NCBI GenBank assembly: GCA_951406725.2
Contig: OX597821.1
Span: 33,170,001-33,234,000, forward strand
Source of the DNA: Octopus vulgaris
Taxonomy: Eukaryota
Direction: 5' to 3'
DNA length: 64,000 nt
The stretch's first letter is position 1, and the number at the start of each line of letters is the position of its first letter. The notes beneath the pieces were generated by a model that was not told the DNA's origin, made no database searches, and saw nothing but the letters and a program-made list of their open reading frames with translations. Shown in pieces: positions 13,348-28,078 of this stretch. The position numbers and the translations under genes are program-made.

Positions 13348-13769
13348 AATTATGATACCACACCAACACCTAAAGCCTAACATCCCCTTTGACATGCCCA
13401 GTGCCCCCTTGGGGGCAGAACCATCCATTTTGAGAACCTCCACTCTAAAGTATTAGCAGAAAGCACAAAAACACATGACAACTCAAACACATATGGAATA
13501 TAATTTACCACCCAATGAAAACTGAAAACTTGTGTAGCAAAACTTTACAGCAAACAGGTGAAATATTAAATCAATCTTTCAAAGGTATGAAAAAAAAAAT
13601 TCAAAATTTGATTTTAAAAAATTATCACTCATCAAATAAATTAGTCATTTGTTATTTATTATTAAACCCACCTCATCTCAATTTGGCTGTTTGTTCATCT
13701 TTGTTTTGTTTGCATTTTTGCTTTTTTTTTTGACACCCACCATATATTTTAACTTTTAAGAAAAGAAAG

Positions 13770-14149
13770 TTACACCAACTCGCCTAATAGCGGGCTAAGA
13801 ATAAAAGAACACGTTGACTGTGAAATCCAAAGCATTTCCAATACATAAAACTCAAGAACGCCAATTATACAGCCACATAAAACATCAGTAAAATGGTGGC
13901 GTCCAAGGAGGAGTCTAGAGAAGCACACAAAAGCAGCCCAAGTGTAAGTAAATACAATCAATTTCCTTGTATCTGGTACCTGTTTGGCTATGAATATTGC
14001 CAGATAGCAGGCCCGTGTTGCATGACCAGACGGAAAGGAGTACTGGTCTACTTTAGAAGTGGCAACCATGTCCATGTAGTTTGCACTGGGTCGTTGTCGT
14101 TGAACCAGCCATTTTATAAGACATACCAACAGGATATCAAATATTAAAC
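13770..14149 (-). CDS. PLPP6: PLPP6-like polyisoprenoid diphosphate/PAP2 phosphatase, coding exon 2 (last)
   Basis: Motifs C1 KWLVQRQRP, C2 YSFPSGH and C3 SRLLLGRHHFTD. Acceptor ttctgttgtag at 14150, phase 1, matches exon 1. TAA stop at 13770-13772. Confidence 0.93.
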
Positions 14150-14233
14150 CTACAACAGAAAGAAAAACAGTTGTTAAATAAACTCAGCAAAATATATATA
14201 TAAATATAGATAGATAGATGGAAATAAATTTAA

Positions 14234-14786
14234 CTCTTTAGCATTCAGATTACTCTGTCAAATGTATGCTTCCTTATTCACATTGTTTTAAATTAATCAT
14301 GCAGGAGTGACTCTGTGGTAAGTAGCTTGTTTACCAACCACATGGTTCCGGGTTCAGTCCCACTGCGTGGCACCTTGGGCAAGTGTCTTCTACTATAGCC
14401 TCGGGCTGACCAAAGCCTTGTGAGTGGATTTGGTAGACGGAAACTGAAAGAAGCCTGTCATATATATGTTTATATATATGTGTGTCTGTGTTTGTCCCCC
14501 TAGCATTGCTTAACAACCGATGCTGGTGTGTTTATGTCCCCATTACTTAGCAGTTCGGCAAAATAGACCGATAGAATAAGTACTGGGCTTACAAAAGAAT
14601 AAGTCCCGGGGTCGAGTTGCTCGATTAAAGGCGGTGCTCCAGTATGGCCACAGTCAAATGCCTAAAACAAGTGAAAGAATAAAATCTCATAGCATTGAGA
14701 TTTTAATAATGTGTTTGTTTATTTTTAGAATGACATTGTAGGATAGGTATGAAAGGCCAGATATGACTGGTTTAAATGCTATAAGG
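14234..14786. mobile_element. piggyBac-type MITE split by a SINE A insertion
   Basis: The halves 14234-14300 and 14683-14786 match the 11745-11965 MITE. Confidence 0.7.
14301..14682 (+). mobile_element. SINE family A
   Basis: Matches 28077-28472. Confidence 0.9.
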
Positions 14787-16004
14787 CTAAACATAGTTTT
14801 GTCATGATTTTATGTTTTTGAGTGTATGTTTTATACACACACACACACACACACACAGATATTTCAAAAGTGAATAGACATCATTTTTGGAAGATATATT
14901 TCTAGAAATACACGCACACAGAGGGGGAGTTGGAGGGTGAGAGAAAAAAAGGAAAAGAGATGCATAAAATATCCAGAATTTAGTCACCACACCTTAGATT
15001 AGCAATTCCCAAAACTTATTTTGTCAAGGAACCTGTTATACAATCTCCCAAAAACCATAATCACGAGGTCCATATTTCTATTTTTAAAGACCACCCCCAG
15101 ACCCTAACGCTAATAAGGCATTAAATGAAATGAGAATTATGTTTGGAAGAGAACATTCCTGTTATGAAAACAAAAACAATTTTGAAAAAATATTCTCATA
15201 ATATTCTGTTTAAAGTCACCTTATCACACCCGCCCCCACCTTTTTCTTAAAAGATCTCTGGAGTTCTTCAGAACCCCAGTTTGAAAACTCTGCCTTAAGT
15301 TACCCAGACTGTTTGTCCCCAATTGGATCTTGCTAAATTTCTTCAAACCACTTGTAGTATTTCAAACTGTCACCAGATTATTTCCAAGAGATGTAGTTTT
15401 TGCATGCTGATGACGAAAATTACATTCATCCGCACCACCCCATAAATTAAAGTTAGGTAATTTTTGCCAGTCAGTAGCCTCCAATTCAGTGAAAATTCAA
15501 AACACTAAATGGTTAAAAGAAATTTAACAAGATCCGTCCAATTTGATTGCTCCGACTGTGAATACTGGATCTTGCGTTCTATTTTTATAACACACTTAAA
15601 TAGCACCATACAACTAGAGGAAAATTTTTCTACCAGCAACTTAATATATTTTTCATTGACCCTTGATATATTGCCGAACAATGTAGTGAAATTTGAATAG
15701 TTATTCTGGAAGTGCAAAATAAAGATAGCCCCCAAAATTCTCATTGTTTTTGCATATTAAGTGTGGAGTGGAACCAGTGCTATATGTGACTGTAAGAGTT
15801 ATTTCCCTTCGTTTAAGCATAACCATCGTAGGCATGACGTTAGTGACAAAAGCAAAAGTCGAGTCCGAGGGTAATTCTGGTGATCAACGTTGATGAAAAA
15901 ATAAAAAATAATAATAATAAATTCATATTGCAGTATAGAATTAAAAAAGGAGGTGAATTCTGACGTTTCTGCAAAATTTGTCTTCGGGGGAAGAAATAAA
16001 AGTA

Positions 16005-16662
16005 CGGTATTTGACGGCATATAGGACGCACTTTTTTCCAAAAAATTTGGCTCAAAAAATCGCCCTGCGTCTAATATGCGAAGTCAAGACCCTCCCGTAG
16101 GCTAATCTTCTCCCAGACGCTCACTAACCTAGCTTACGATAAGTATTTCTACCTACGCTAACGCCTTAATGATATTTTCCGTACTCATGCATCATTATTT
16201 TATTGCTAGTATTATTGTTATTATTATTACCAGTATTATTACTTTAAAATACGAATTATCGTAAAAATCAAAGCAATCTACCGTAAATTGTTAGGCTGCG
16301 ATCCATGACACACGTTTACTAATATCAGCTGATCGGAACCCTAACTCGATGCCATCTGGCGGTGATGGCACAGAAGATGATGCATTATTTGAAGACAGTG
16401 ATTTCAGCAGTAGTGATGAAGATGTTCCTTGTTTTGAAGATGATGAAGACTTTTCTGGTGTAGAAGATGATGAAGAGTTTTCTGGTTAAAAAGATGATTA
16501 CTATTGTAATTTGTATGCTTGCTTTTATACAGCAATGTTTTCTGCTTTTGTAATGTGCTGCTAGACTGCTTTCAACAATATATGCTTAAATACACTTAAA
16601 ACTTTTTTTCCTGAATTTGACCTGCTGAAATGAGGGTGCGTCTAATATGCCGTCAAATACGG
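16005..16662 (+). mobile_element. Non-autonomous pogo-like DNA transposon (internal deletion derivative)
   Basis: TA|CGGTATTTGACGGCATATAGGACGCAC...GTGCGTCTAATATGCCGTCAAATACGG|TA. It retains an acidic transposase C-terminus, DGTEDDALFEDSDFSSSDED, at ~16364-16489. Confidence 0.85.
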
Positions 16663-17639
16663 TACATATTCTAGTGTAGTCCCAGATTAGCCTTATTCGA
16701 GCGAAGTCACTTACACCTAATCATATCCAATTTTATTCTCTGAGAGCATTTTATTCCTAGGATTACATTATCCAGTATCTCGTTACTTCCCCAAGATGAT
16801 AATAGGAGATTTGGCTGCTATTTCTAGCAGAGCAAGCGACCACGAATGGCTTCCTACTCGAGACTGCGTTGCATTTCTTAACTACATTAGTTTCACTTTC
16901 AGTTTCTCGGAGGGTCCGTATCTAAAATACATACGGTTCTGGTCCTTAAGCTGCCGCTTGCCTCTTAATTTTAATGAATTCTCACAAAAGGACAAAACTA
17001 AAAATCCGTTGAATTGTATACTGCATATCACTGGCACTATACCCCTATGCCCTAGGAAGTATTTGAACTCAGGATATAAAGAAACAGAGCTAAATACCTC
17101 ATGGCATTTCGCCCAGCAACCTACCGCATCTGTTCCTGTACTATATAATATTTGATACAAAGAGATCTTAAAACATGCACTATTCTATATACAATAAATG
17201 TAGTAAATATTAATGATCTATGAAATCGTTAAAGTACATAGCAATAAGCACAACCGCATGTCTAGACTGGTAGAGCAGAGGAGGGAGTCTCTAGCCATCG
17301 TTCGCCTTGCTAGAAATAGCAGGCAAATCACCTTCACATTACACCCTAATCTTTTATCTCTTATGATATTAAAAGTGAATGGACACACCTGATAATGTAG
17401 TCTAAAATACACATTAATCATCATCATTTAACGTTTGCTTTCCATGCTGGCATGGGTTGGACGGCTTGACTGGAACTGGTATGCCGGAGAGCTACACCAG
17501 GTTCAAGTCTGAATTTGGCTTGGTTTCTGCGACTGGATGCCCTTCCAAACGTACTAGGAAAATACGAGACGGTCACGACTGGGTTGACTTTGATCAAACA
17601 TCTTCTTGATCAGTGATAGATAAATAAATAACTCGTCAT

Positions 17640-18075
17640 TATACAAACCAACGGGATGCTCTCTATATGGTTATGCAATCTGCTAGAAATAGCAGCCAAA
17701 TTTCCATTAAACCACACATCTTAAAAAAGTAAAGATACATAAGATGAGATAGTCTTCCTAAATACACTAGAGCCAAAAAAAAAAGACAGGATGGTCGTGA
17801 CTGGGATACCTTTGATCGTAGATCTGTTCGATCAGGGATGACTCGGAGCTAAACATTAATTAATGATCATACAAACCAACAAGGAACCCTCTATATGGTT
17901 ATGCAACTACTAGAAATAGCTGCCAAATTTCCAATGAAGTATACATTTTAATAAAGGAAGTATACATAAGCTATTATAGTCCTAACAAAAATAGGCGGCG
18001 TGGTCATGACTGGTATGCTTTTGATTATAGATCTATTTACTCGACTAGGGCTGACCTGGAGCAAAGCAATAACAA
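17640..18075 (+). repeat. Two tandem ~230-bp copies of old dispersed repeat family F
   Basis: CTAGAAATAGCAGCCAAAT..GGTCATGACTGG..TTTGATC..CTAAAC units. Related fragments at ~16680-16870, 17260-17410, 18720-18960, 32320-32950, 37630-37790, 41860-41925, 46290-46420. Confidence 0.7.
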
Positions 18076-18247
18076 CGCATAATACCCTAAAATAGGCAAC
18101 AGACAACATAAGATATTGATTTCCCATTTCTAGAACTCCCGGATCGTTGAACGAAAATAATAATTGCACAGTAGCAGACTATATATATACACATTTATCC
18201 ATAACCCATATTTCATTGGTACTTTTCTAAGTAATGTTTGACAGAGA

Positions 18248-18452
18248 GTAGTAGATTGACAGAAAATCGTTAGAACGTCAGGAGGAAGCGTTTTGAGGTA
18301 TTTGTTCAGGCTATTTGCGTTCTAAGTTTATATTCTGCAGAGAGGATAGTTTTTACCTTCCATCCCTCTAAGGTTGATAAAATAAAGTACCAGTAAAATA
18401 CTGGAATTGATGGTATCGACTAACCCTGCACTTCAACATTGCTGGCCTTGTG
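18248..18452 (+). mobile_element. SINE family D, diverged
   Basis: CCTTCCATCCCT..GGTTGATAAAATAAAGTACCAGT core. Confidence 0.65.
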
Positions 18453-19213
18453 CATTGTATCTGGTAGCCAACTTTGTACCATTATGCAAGTGAGCTTATA
18501 CCCAAGCACATATACATGCGTACGCTTTAATAAAAATCTTACAACTATCATTAGGTGAGAAGGGAAGGCAAGTAATTCCTGATGAATTGCTATAAAAAAA
18601 AAAAAAGGTAATTAGTCGATTTGATCCTCATCCTAATCTGTTGAAAAATCCCTGGTGTGGTCTAATTTCGCAAGAAGATTAATTGCATGTAGATATAAGC
18701 CTGTATATTTCTAATAGTAGTAGAGAAATACGTAAACTCCAAGGAAAGATATTGTTGCTAAGCATGATGTCAGCTTTGATCGAACAAGACCAATGATAAA
18801 AAAAAAAAGGTTCCCGATCATAATTTTTTTTTTATTATTTATCTTTTTATGAATTGTGTATCCAATGTATCCGTCCTTCTTTCATTTTAAGAGGCGGCGG
18901 GGGGGGGGGGGGGAGGTACGACTGGAGGAAAATTTAGCTGTTATTTCTAGTAATTGCGTAAAAGTTTCATGCCACAGAAAAAAGACCTGAATGTCACAGC
19001 TTCCAATTTCCTTAATGACAGATAATGATAATGTCTTAATTCCTATATAAAGCCGTTTCACTTCGCTTCAAATCGTTTATGCTTTTCATCACTGCATGAG
19101 TATCAATGCATCTTATCACAGTACTTTGCTAGTAACCTTGAACCTACGTAAGAATTTGATAAACATAACGGCAGAGTTAAAAATCAATAAGTAAGTCTAA
19201 AAAGATAAAACTA

Positions 19214-19447
19214 CAGGGCTGGCCAAAAGTTACCCGACAGTATATCAAAATTCCATAAATACTATCTTGTAATTCTGTATTGACTCGAATGGGAAAATGT
19301 GTCGCTCAAGAAGGACTTCAGTTTGAACAATTTTCATGATGTTTCATATTTACATGCTTTTATTAAATTCAATCAGTTGTTAAACATAAATAAATTTTGG
19401 AATTAAATGGCTTTGATTTAGTGTCAGGCGACTTTTGACCAACCCTG
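19214..19447. mobile_element. Tc1/mariner MITE
   Basis: TA|CAGGGCTGGCCAAAAGT...ACTTTTGACCAACCCTG|TA. Confidence 0.8.
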
Positions 19448-21696
19448 TATAGTCGACATTTACGTCGTTTTATGCCCTTCAAAAGGAGTTTGAACACCAT
19501 GCAGTGGTTTTTCTATAAATCAGACGAAACCTTTGTTCCTGTGTCAGAGATCGATAGATTTTTATAGATTTAAAAGGTGAAAAGCAAAATAAAAATTAAT
19601 TAAAGATTACGTTAAAAGCATTTAATTTCATCCTGAACCCATTGACTGTTATCTTATTTTTATATCTAATCTAACACGTGTGTACATCACCTTCTACCCC
19701 GGTTTTGTGACCCAAGGGAGGCGGTTCTGAATGAATAATTAAAATCGATTCGGCCACTCAGATAACATTAGCAAATACACGCTCGCACAGAAACACAGCC
19801 TAACGAATATACATACACTGATTAGTTTCGACATAGAAATAACAGTTGAACATTTTGTTAAGAAGGAGAAGGAGGAAACAAGGCTAGCAACAACAGAGCA
19901 GTTACAAAATACGTTCAGTAATGTCAATTATGAGTAAAAATAGTGTATTTTATTTTCTTTCGTTGATATTTTTTTATCCTTCTTTCTCTCTCTCTCTCTT
20001 TTTCTTCTCTCGGTACTTTTATTACATGTAGGATGTTGAATGGAAAATGATAGCTTTACTATGAATTCTCACTGTCTTTATCCACATGACTTTAATTGTA
20101 CCTCGTATACACACACACACACACACGAGCACGCGTGCGTATATGTGTGGGAGCGTGTGTACATATACATACTTGTATGTGTGTGTGTTAACATTGATAT
20201 ATAAACACAAACACATATATACTCATATGATGATTAATACACACATATTTATCTATACACCTATATAGTTTGGCATAGTTTCTGAATGCCTTTCCTAAAG
20301 CCAAACATTTCATAAAGTGTACATGTGCTAAACACACATATATATTTACCCATATACATTTATGTATACACACATTCATATACATGCACACACATATTCG
20401 TATACATTCACACACATATTCGTATACATACATACATTCTATAATTGGATGGCCTTCCTAATGCTAAACATTTTACTAAATGTACAGGTACATTTTATGT
20501 GGCACCAGCACTAGTGAGGTTTCCATGTAACTCAGTAGTTAAAGAGCATATCTAACTGAGAGGTAGTACAAGGGAGGGCAGTGGCTTTTATGCAAATTGT
20601 TGAGAGGTTAAAGTATGCTACAAAGAACAGGAACAGGCTTGTTATTGAGGAGATACATAGTTACTCCATTATATAAGAATGGGTGGGAGCAAGTAGAGTG
20701 GAGTTGGAAATGGAGACAAAATTGGTAGTGAAAAAGTATCAGAGCCCACCATCAAAGAACAAGAAGGTGAACAGAAGAAAGCATGGAGGAAGAGCAAAAG
20801 GGGTAGGTGGCTAAAATTTGCAAGAGTGTTTGGGGGCAGTGAGAGATGGTTAGGAATAAGAGTAAGAGTGAATGTAGTGGTGAGTGAACTACGGAAGGGG
20901 AGGATCAATGTTCAATCTGAGTTGGGAAAATGGCTATAAGAATGAGAGACGGATGTCAATAGAAGGGTTTAGGGGAAGAGGAGGTGATGACTGGCAGTAG
21001 AGAAAGGATGATGAGTAGCAGAATAAGAGTTAGAGGAGAGATAAAGGGATAAGAGATAGGGAGGTGAGAACTGGAAAGGATGAATAAAGGTTGAAAGAGT
21101 GTGAAGACAGACAGAGATAGAAGTGAAGGTGTTTAGAAGTGAATGTTGGAGAATAAAGAAGTGGGTGTGATTGACAATAGTCATGAGGTGGTGTTATAAG
21201 TAAGAGATGACCAACAAAACTATAATAGGAATTAGTTTGGGAGATGAGGGTGATGACTGTAGTATAGAAGGGGAATCATCATCATCTTCGTTTAGTGTGA
21301 GCAAGGACAATGTTAAGAATAAGGAATGGATGTCAAAAGGAAGTGGTTCAGAGGAGAGGGAGAGATAATATAGAAAGGGATGATGACATGTGTAGCTCTG
21401 TTCTCATTTTATTACAACAGCAGAATAATGCAGGCAGTTAGAAAAGTGATGGTATGATCAGTGAGAGATGAGGTGGTTTAGCTGCTGGCAAAGCTTTTCG
21501 TGTCACCCCAGTCCACTCAGCTGTAAATAGGTAACCCTGCAACAAACTAGCATTTCATTCAGGGAAAATGTTGGCCTGTCCACCTAGCCAGTAGGGGTGG
21601 CATCAATTGAAAGTTAAAACAACGCAAGGAAGAACATTGTGACTCGCAGTATGTACAACATCCCATAGTCTGGCCAATAGTGATAAGGGTGAGGGT

Positions 21697-22025
21697 GACC
21701 CCTTCAGTCATGAATAACCATGGGATTGCACCTAGAAAGTTACCCTCCGAGGCACAAGTCCAGACAAGGTTGTTTATGGAAGACCAGCAGTTGCTCATGC
21801 ATACCACCAGCCTTCCCTCTCCATGCCACCAATGTTATCCAAGAGAAAGGCAAAGACCAATCCAGCTTGGCACCAGTGACATTGCAACTCATTTCTACAG
21901 TGAACTGGAGCAACATGAAATAAAGTGTCTTGTCCAAGAACACAACACATAGCCCAGTCTGGGAATCAAACTCATAACCTCACGATTGTAAGCTCAACAC
22001 TCTAACCACTAAGCCATACGCCTTC
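21697..22025 (-). mobile_element. tRNA-derived SINE (family B-related)
   Basis: Homologous to 12587-12915. Confidence 0.75.
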
Positions 22026-22128
22026 ACAAAAGTGATATATATATATAAGAAAGAGAGCCATGTGGTTACTTAAACTGAATCATTAGATACACACCACACA
22101 ATATGTATATATATATATATATATATAT

Positions 22129-22700
22129 AAATTGAGATAGGGGTTGTAAATGCAACCCTCCATGGGATAACATATATCCAATATACTGCTAGTGAAGTAC
22201 CCAACAAAGTTAATACATAAATGTTAAGGATTGCGATGCAATCAATTCATTTACTGTATTATATGGGCAAAGGTAAAATGATTTACCAGAAATTACTAAT
22301 ACAAGATAAGAAAATGGAGAAATACATCTAAATCAAATATCAATTACCAGATAATACTCAATCACATACTTTATTAAACCACCACCTAAGAGACTGTAGG
22401 GTTAAACATAAAAAAGCAGTACAAATCAGTGTACATAAAGGAATGTACATAAAAAAGTGTACATAAAAGAGTAATGTTATATAATAAGTAGAATATATAT
22501 AAAAAAGAGAATATAAATATTCTACTTATTATATAACATTACTCTTTTATGTACACTTTTTTATGTACATTCCTTTATGTACACTGATTTGTTCTGCTTT
22601 TTTATGTTTAACCCTACAGTCTCTTATGTGGTGGTTTAATAAAGTATGTGATTGAGTATTATCTGGTAATTGATATTTGATTTAGATATATTTCTCCATT
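22129..22700. mobile_element. (TA)n-adjacent element with a 184-bp near-perfect inverted repeat (possible Penelope-like relic)
   Basis: 22313-22496 is the reverse complement of 22517-22700 with only a few mismatches. Confidence 0.6.
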
Positions 22701-23097
22701 CGTCCAACCCATGCTAGCATGGAAAACGGACGCTAAATGATGATGATAATATATCATCATCATCATCATTTAACGTCCGTTTTCCATGCTAGCATGGGTT
22801 GGACGGTTTTGACTGAGGGCTGGCACCAGGCTCCAGTCTTGGTCTGGCAGAGTTTCTACAGCTGGATGCCCTTCCTAACGCCAACCACTCCGAGAGTGTA
22901 GTAGGTGCTTTTTACGTGCCACCTGCACGGGGGCCAGTCAGGCGGTACTGACAATGACCTCGCTCGAATCTTTTTACATGTGCCACCAACACAGGTGCCA
23001 GTGAAGCGACGTTGGTAATGATCACGCTCGAATGGTGCCCTTTTACGTGCCACGGGTATGGAAGCCAGTTGGCTGCTCTGGCAATAATAACGCTCGG
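22701..23097 (-). mobile_element. RTE LINE 3' UTR fragment (family C) with an inverted duplicate of its tail
   Basis: Matches 4761-5280; 22701-22747 is inverted relative to 22755-22805. Confidence 0.85.
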
Positions 23098-23300
23098 AAA
23101 TATATATATATATATATATATATACATATTGTGTGGTGTGTGTCTAATGATTCAATTTAAATGAAGTAACCACAAGGCTCTCTTTCTTTCTCTCTCTCTA
23201 TGACTGGGTAACCATGTATCTCCTCTATATCATGATATTTGTTTCTGTCTCTCTGTCACACTCTAACCTTTCATCATCTGGCACAGGATCACCTCCTCCA

Positions 23301-24021
23301 ATACCCCATGTCCTCTCAAAGGACCTTTGTCTTGCAAGTTACTTGGTGATCCTGCCAGTACTGGTGCCACATAAACAGCATCCTGTCCACACTGTAAAGT
23401 AGTTGGTGTTTGGAAGGGCATCTAGCTGTAAAAAAAAAACCATGCCAAAACTGAGCTAGCCTGTGCTCATGCCACATGAAAAGTGCTCAGTCCACTTTGT
23501 GGAGTGGTTGGTGTTAGGAAGAGCATCCAGTCATAAAAACCATGCCAAAACAGACAGTGAAGATTGGTGCAGTCTTCCACCGAGTCAGCTCCTGTCATAC
23601 TGTCCAACTCATGCCAGCATGGAAAGCAGATGATTAATAATGATGATGATGATGTGTGTGTGTGCTTCTATTGCTCAAATGCAAATAAAAATATAAATAA
23701 TAGCTTTTATTTATATTTTTATCTGCAATTGAACAGCCTCTTAAAAAGACATTCTCACATTTTTCATATGTATATACATGCATATGTATATATACATATA
23801 TAAATATAGATACATATATATATATATACATATATATATATACATACATATATATATATATACATATACATATATATATATACATACATATACATACATA
23901 TATATATATATACATACATATACATATACATACATATACATACATACATATATACATACATATATACATATATATATATACATACATATATATACATATA
24001 TATATACATACATATATATAC

Positions 24022-24060
<39 letters not shown>

Positions 24061-24061
24061 C

Positions 24062-24133
<72 letters not shown>

Positions 24134-24543
24134 TCATACATACATATATATATACATACATACATATATGCATACATATATATATATACATACATACATA
24201 TATATATATATACATACATATATATATATATATATACATACATACATACATACATATATACATACATATATACATACATATATACATACATATATACATA
24301 CATATATATATATATATATACATACATATATATATACATACATATATACATACATATATATATACATACATACATATATATATACATACATATATATATA
24401 TATATACATATATATATACATATATATATACATACATATATATATACATACATATATATATACACACATATATATATACACACATATATATATACACATA
24501 TATATATATACACATATATATACACACATATATATATATACAC

Positions 24544-24583
<40 letters not shown>

Positions 24584-24600
24584 ATATATAGAGACATATA

Positions 24601-24641
<41 letters not shown>

Positions 24642-24652
24642 ATATAGACATA

Positions 24653-24693
<41 letters not shown>

Positions 24694-24704
24694 ATACAGA
24701 CATA

Positions 24705-24745
<41 letters not shown>

Positions 24746-24799
24746 ATACATACATATATATATATATATATACATACATATATATATATATATATATAC

Positions 24800-24830
<31 letters not shown>

Positions 24831-25240
24831 CACATATATACACACATATATACATATATATATATATACACACACATACATATATATACACACATATATA
24901 TACATATATATACACACATATATATACACACGTATATATACACACATATATATATACAAATATATATATATACATATATATATATAGAAATATATATATA
25001 CACACATATATATATGTGTGTGTATATATATATACATAAATATAAATTATACATATATATATATAAATACATATATATCCATACATTTCTATATATATAC
25101 ATATTCATACATATCTATATATATATATACTTTGATACTTTGATAGGTTTCGGCCATTATTGGCCCAGGCCATGTCTAACCTAACAGCACCATATTCATA
25201 TATATACATATTCATATATATATACACATACATATCCATC

Positions 25241-25271
<31 letters not shown>

Positions 25272-25437
25272 ATACATATCCATACATACATATAAATATA
25301 TATATATATACATATATATATATACATACATATCCATACATACATATATACATACACATACATACATATAAATATATATATTGGAAGCCAGTATCCATAC
25401 ATACATATATATACATACATACATATACATACATACA

Positions 25438-25480
<43 letters not shown>

Positions 25481-26185
25481 ACTGGCTCCTGTGCAGGTAG
25501 CACGAAAATGACCCACTTGAGCTCTGGCCGTTGCCAGTACATCTGACTGGCCCTCGTGCTCCTCTGTCACGGCGTTCTCTGTCATCCACCTGTAGAATCT
25601 CTGCCAGATCAGAATACCCCATGTCCTCTCAAAGGACCTTTGTCTTGCAAGTTACTTGGTGATCCTGCCAGTACTGGTGCCACATAAACAGCATCCTGTC
25701 CACACTGTAAAGTAGTTGGTGTTTGGAAGGGCATCTAGCTGTAAAAAAAAAACCATGCCAAAACTGAGCTAGCCTGTGCTCATGCCACATGAAAAGTGCT
25801 CAGTCCACTTTGTGGAGTGGTTGGTGTTAGGAAGAGCATCCAGTCATAAAAACCATGCCAAAACAGACAGTGAAGATTGGTGCAGTCTTCCACCGAGTCA
25901 GCTCCTGTCATACTGTCCAACTCATGCCAGCATGGAAAGCAGATGATTAATAATGATGATGATGATGTGTGTGTGTGCTTCTATTGCTCAAATGCAAATA
26001 AAAATATAAATAATAGCTTTTATTTATATTTTTATCTGCAATTGAACAGCCTCTTAAAAAGACATTCTCACATTTTTCATATGTATATACATGCATATGT
26101 ATATATACATATATAAATATAGATACATATATATATATATACATATATATATATACATACATATATATATATATACATATACATA

Positions 26186-26233
<48 letters not shown>

Positions 26234-26319
26234 CATACATATACATATACATACATATATATATATATATATACATACATACATATATACATATATATAT
26301 ATACATACATATATATACA

Positions 26320-26359
<40 letters not shown>

Positions 26360-26360
26360 C

Positions 26361-26451
<91 letters not shown>

Positions 26452-26828
26452 CATACATATATACATATATATATATATACATACATATATATATATATAC
26501 ATACATATATATATACATATATATATATATACATACATACATACATACATATATACATACATATATACATACATATATACATACATATATACATACATAT
26601 ATATATACATACATATATATATACATACATATATACATACATATATATATACATACATACATATATATATACATACATATATATATATATATATACATAT
26701 ATATATACATATATATATATACATACATATATATATACATACATATATATATACACACATATATATATACACATATATATATACACATATATATATACAC
26801 ATATATATACACACATATATATATACAC

Positions 26829-26894
<66 letters not shown>

Positions 26895-26932
26895 CATATA
26901 TATACATACATATATATATATATATAGACATA

Positions 26933-26973
<41 letters not shown>

Positions 26974-26984
26974 ATACAGACATA

Positions 26985-27025
<41 letters not shown>

Positions 27026-27077
27026 ATACATACATATATATATATATATATACATACATATATATATATATATATAC

Positions 27078-27108
<31 letters not shown>

Positions 27109-27519
27109 CACATATATACACACATATATACATATATATATATATACACACACATACATATATATACACACATATATATACATATATATAACACACATAT
27201 ATATACACACGTATATATACACACATATATATATACAAATATATATATATACATATATATATATAGAAATATATATATACACACATATATATATGTGTGT
27301 GTATATATATATACATAAATATAAATTATACATATATATATATAAATACATATATATCCATACATTTCTATATATATACATATTCATACATATCTATATA
27401 TATATATACTTTGATACTTTGATAGGTTTCGGCCATTATTGGCCCAGGCCATGTCTAACCTAACAGCACCATATTCATATATATACATATTCATATATAT
27501 ATACACATACATATCCATC

Positions 27520-27550
<31 letters not shown>

Positions 27551-27709
27551 ATACATATCCATACATACATATAAATATATATATATATACATATATATAT
27601 ATACATACATATCCATACATACATATATACATACACATACATACATATAAATATATATATACATATCCATACATACATATATATACATACATACATATAC
27701 ATACATACA

Positions 27710-27754
<45 letters not shown>

Positions 27755-27886
27755 ACTGGCTCCTGTGCAGGTAGCACGAAAAAGACCCACTTGAGCGTGG
27801 CCGTTGCCAGTACATCTGACTGGCCCTCGTGCCGGTGTCACGGCGTTAAGAAGGGCATCCACCTGTAGAATCTCTGCCAGATCAGA
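23301..27886. repeat. Tandem duplication of a ~2.3-kb unit (23301-25613 / 25614-27886) containing a ~1.7-kb microsatellite
   Basis: Identical unique sequence at offset 2313 (identical ORFs at 23564 and 25877). Confidence 0.93.
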
Positions 27887-27979
27887 TTGGAGCCTGGTGC
27901 AGCCATGTGGTTCATGAGTCCTCAGTCAAATCGTCAAACCCATGCTAACATGGAAAGCGGACGTTAAACGATGATGATG

Positions 27980-27980
<1 letters not shown>
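27753..27980 (+). mobile_element. RTE 3' end fragment (family C) with (ATG)n tail
   Basis: GGAAGGGCATCCAGC-like block and CATGCTA.CATGGAAAGCGGACGTTAAACGATGATG tail. Confidence 0.85.

Positions 27981-28076
<96 letters not shown>

Positions 28077-28078
<2 letters not shown>

Noticed and set aside
13004-13456. Plus-strand 150-aa ORF
   Set aside because: Antisense shadow of a CR1 fragment
15407-15422. CTGATGACGAAA hammerhead-like string
   Set aside because: No room for stem II and no flanking stems
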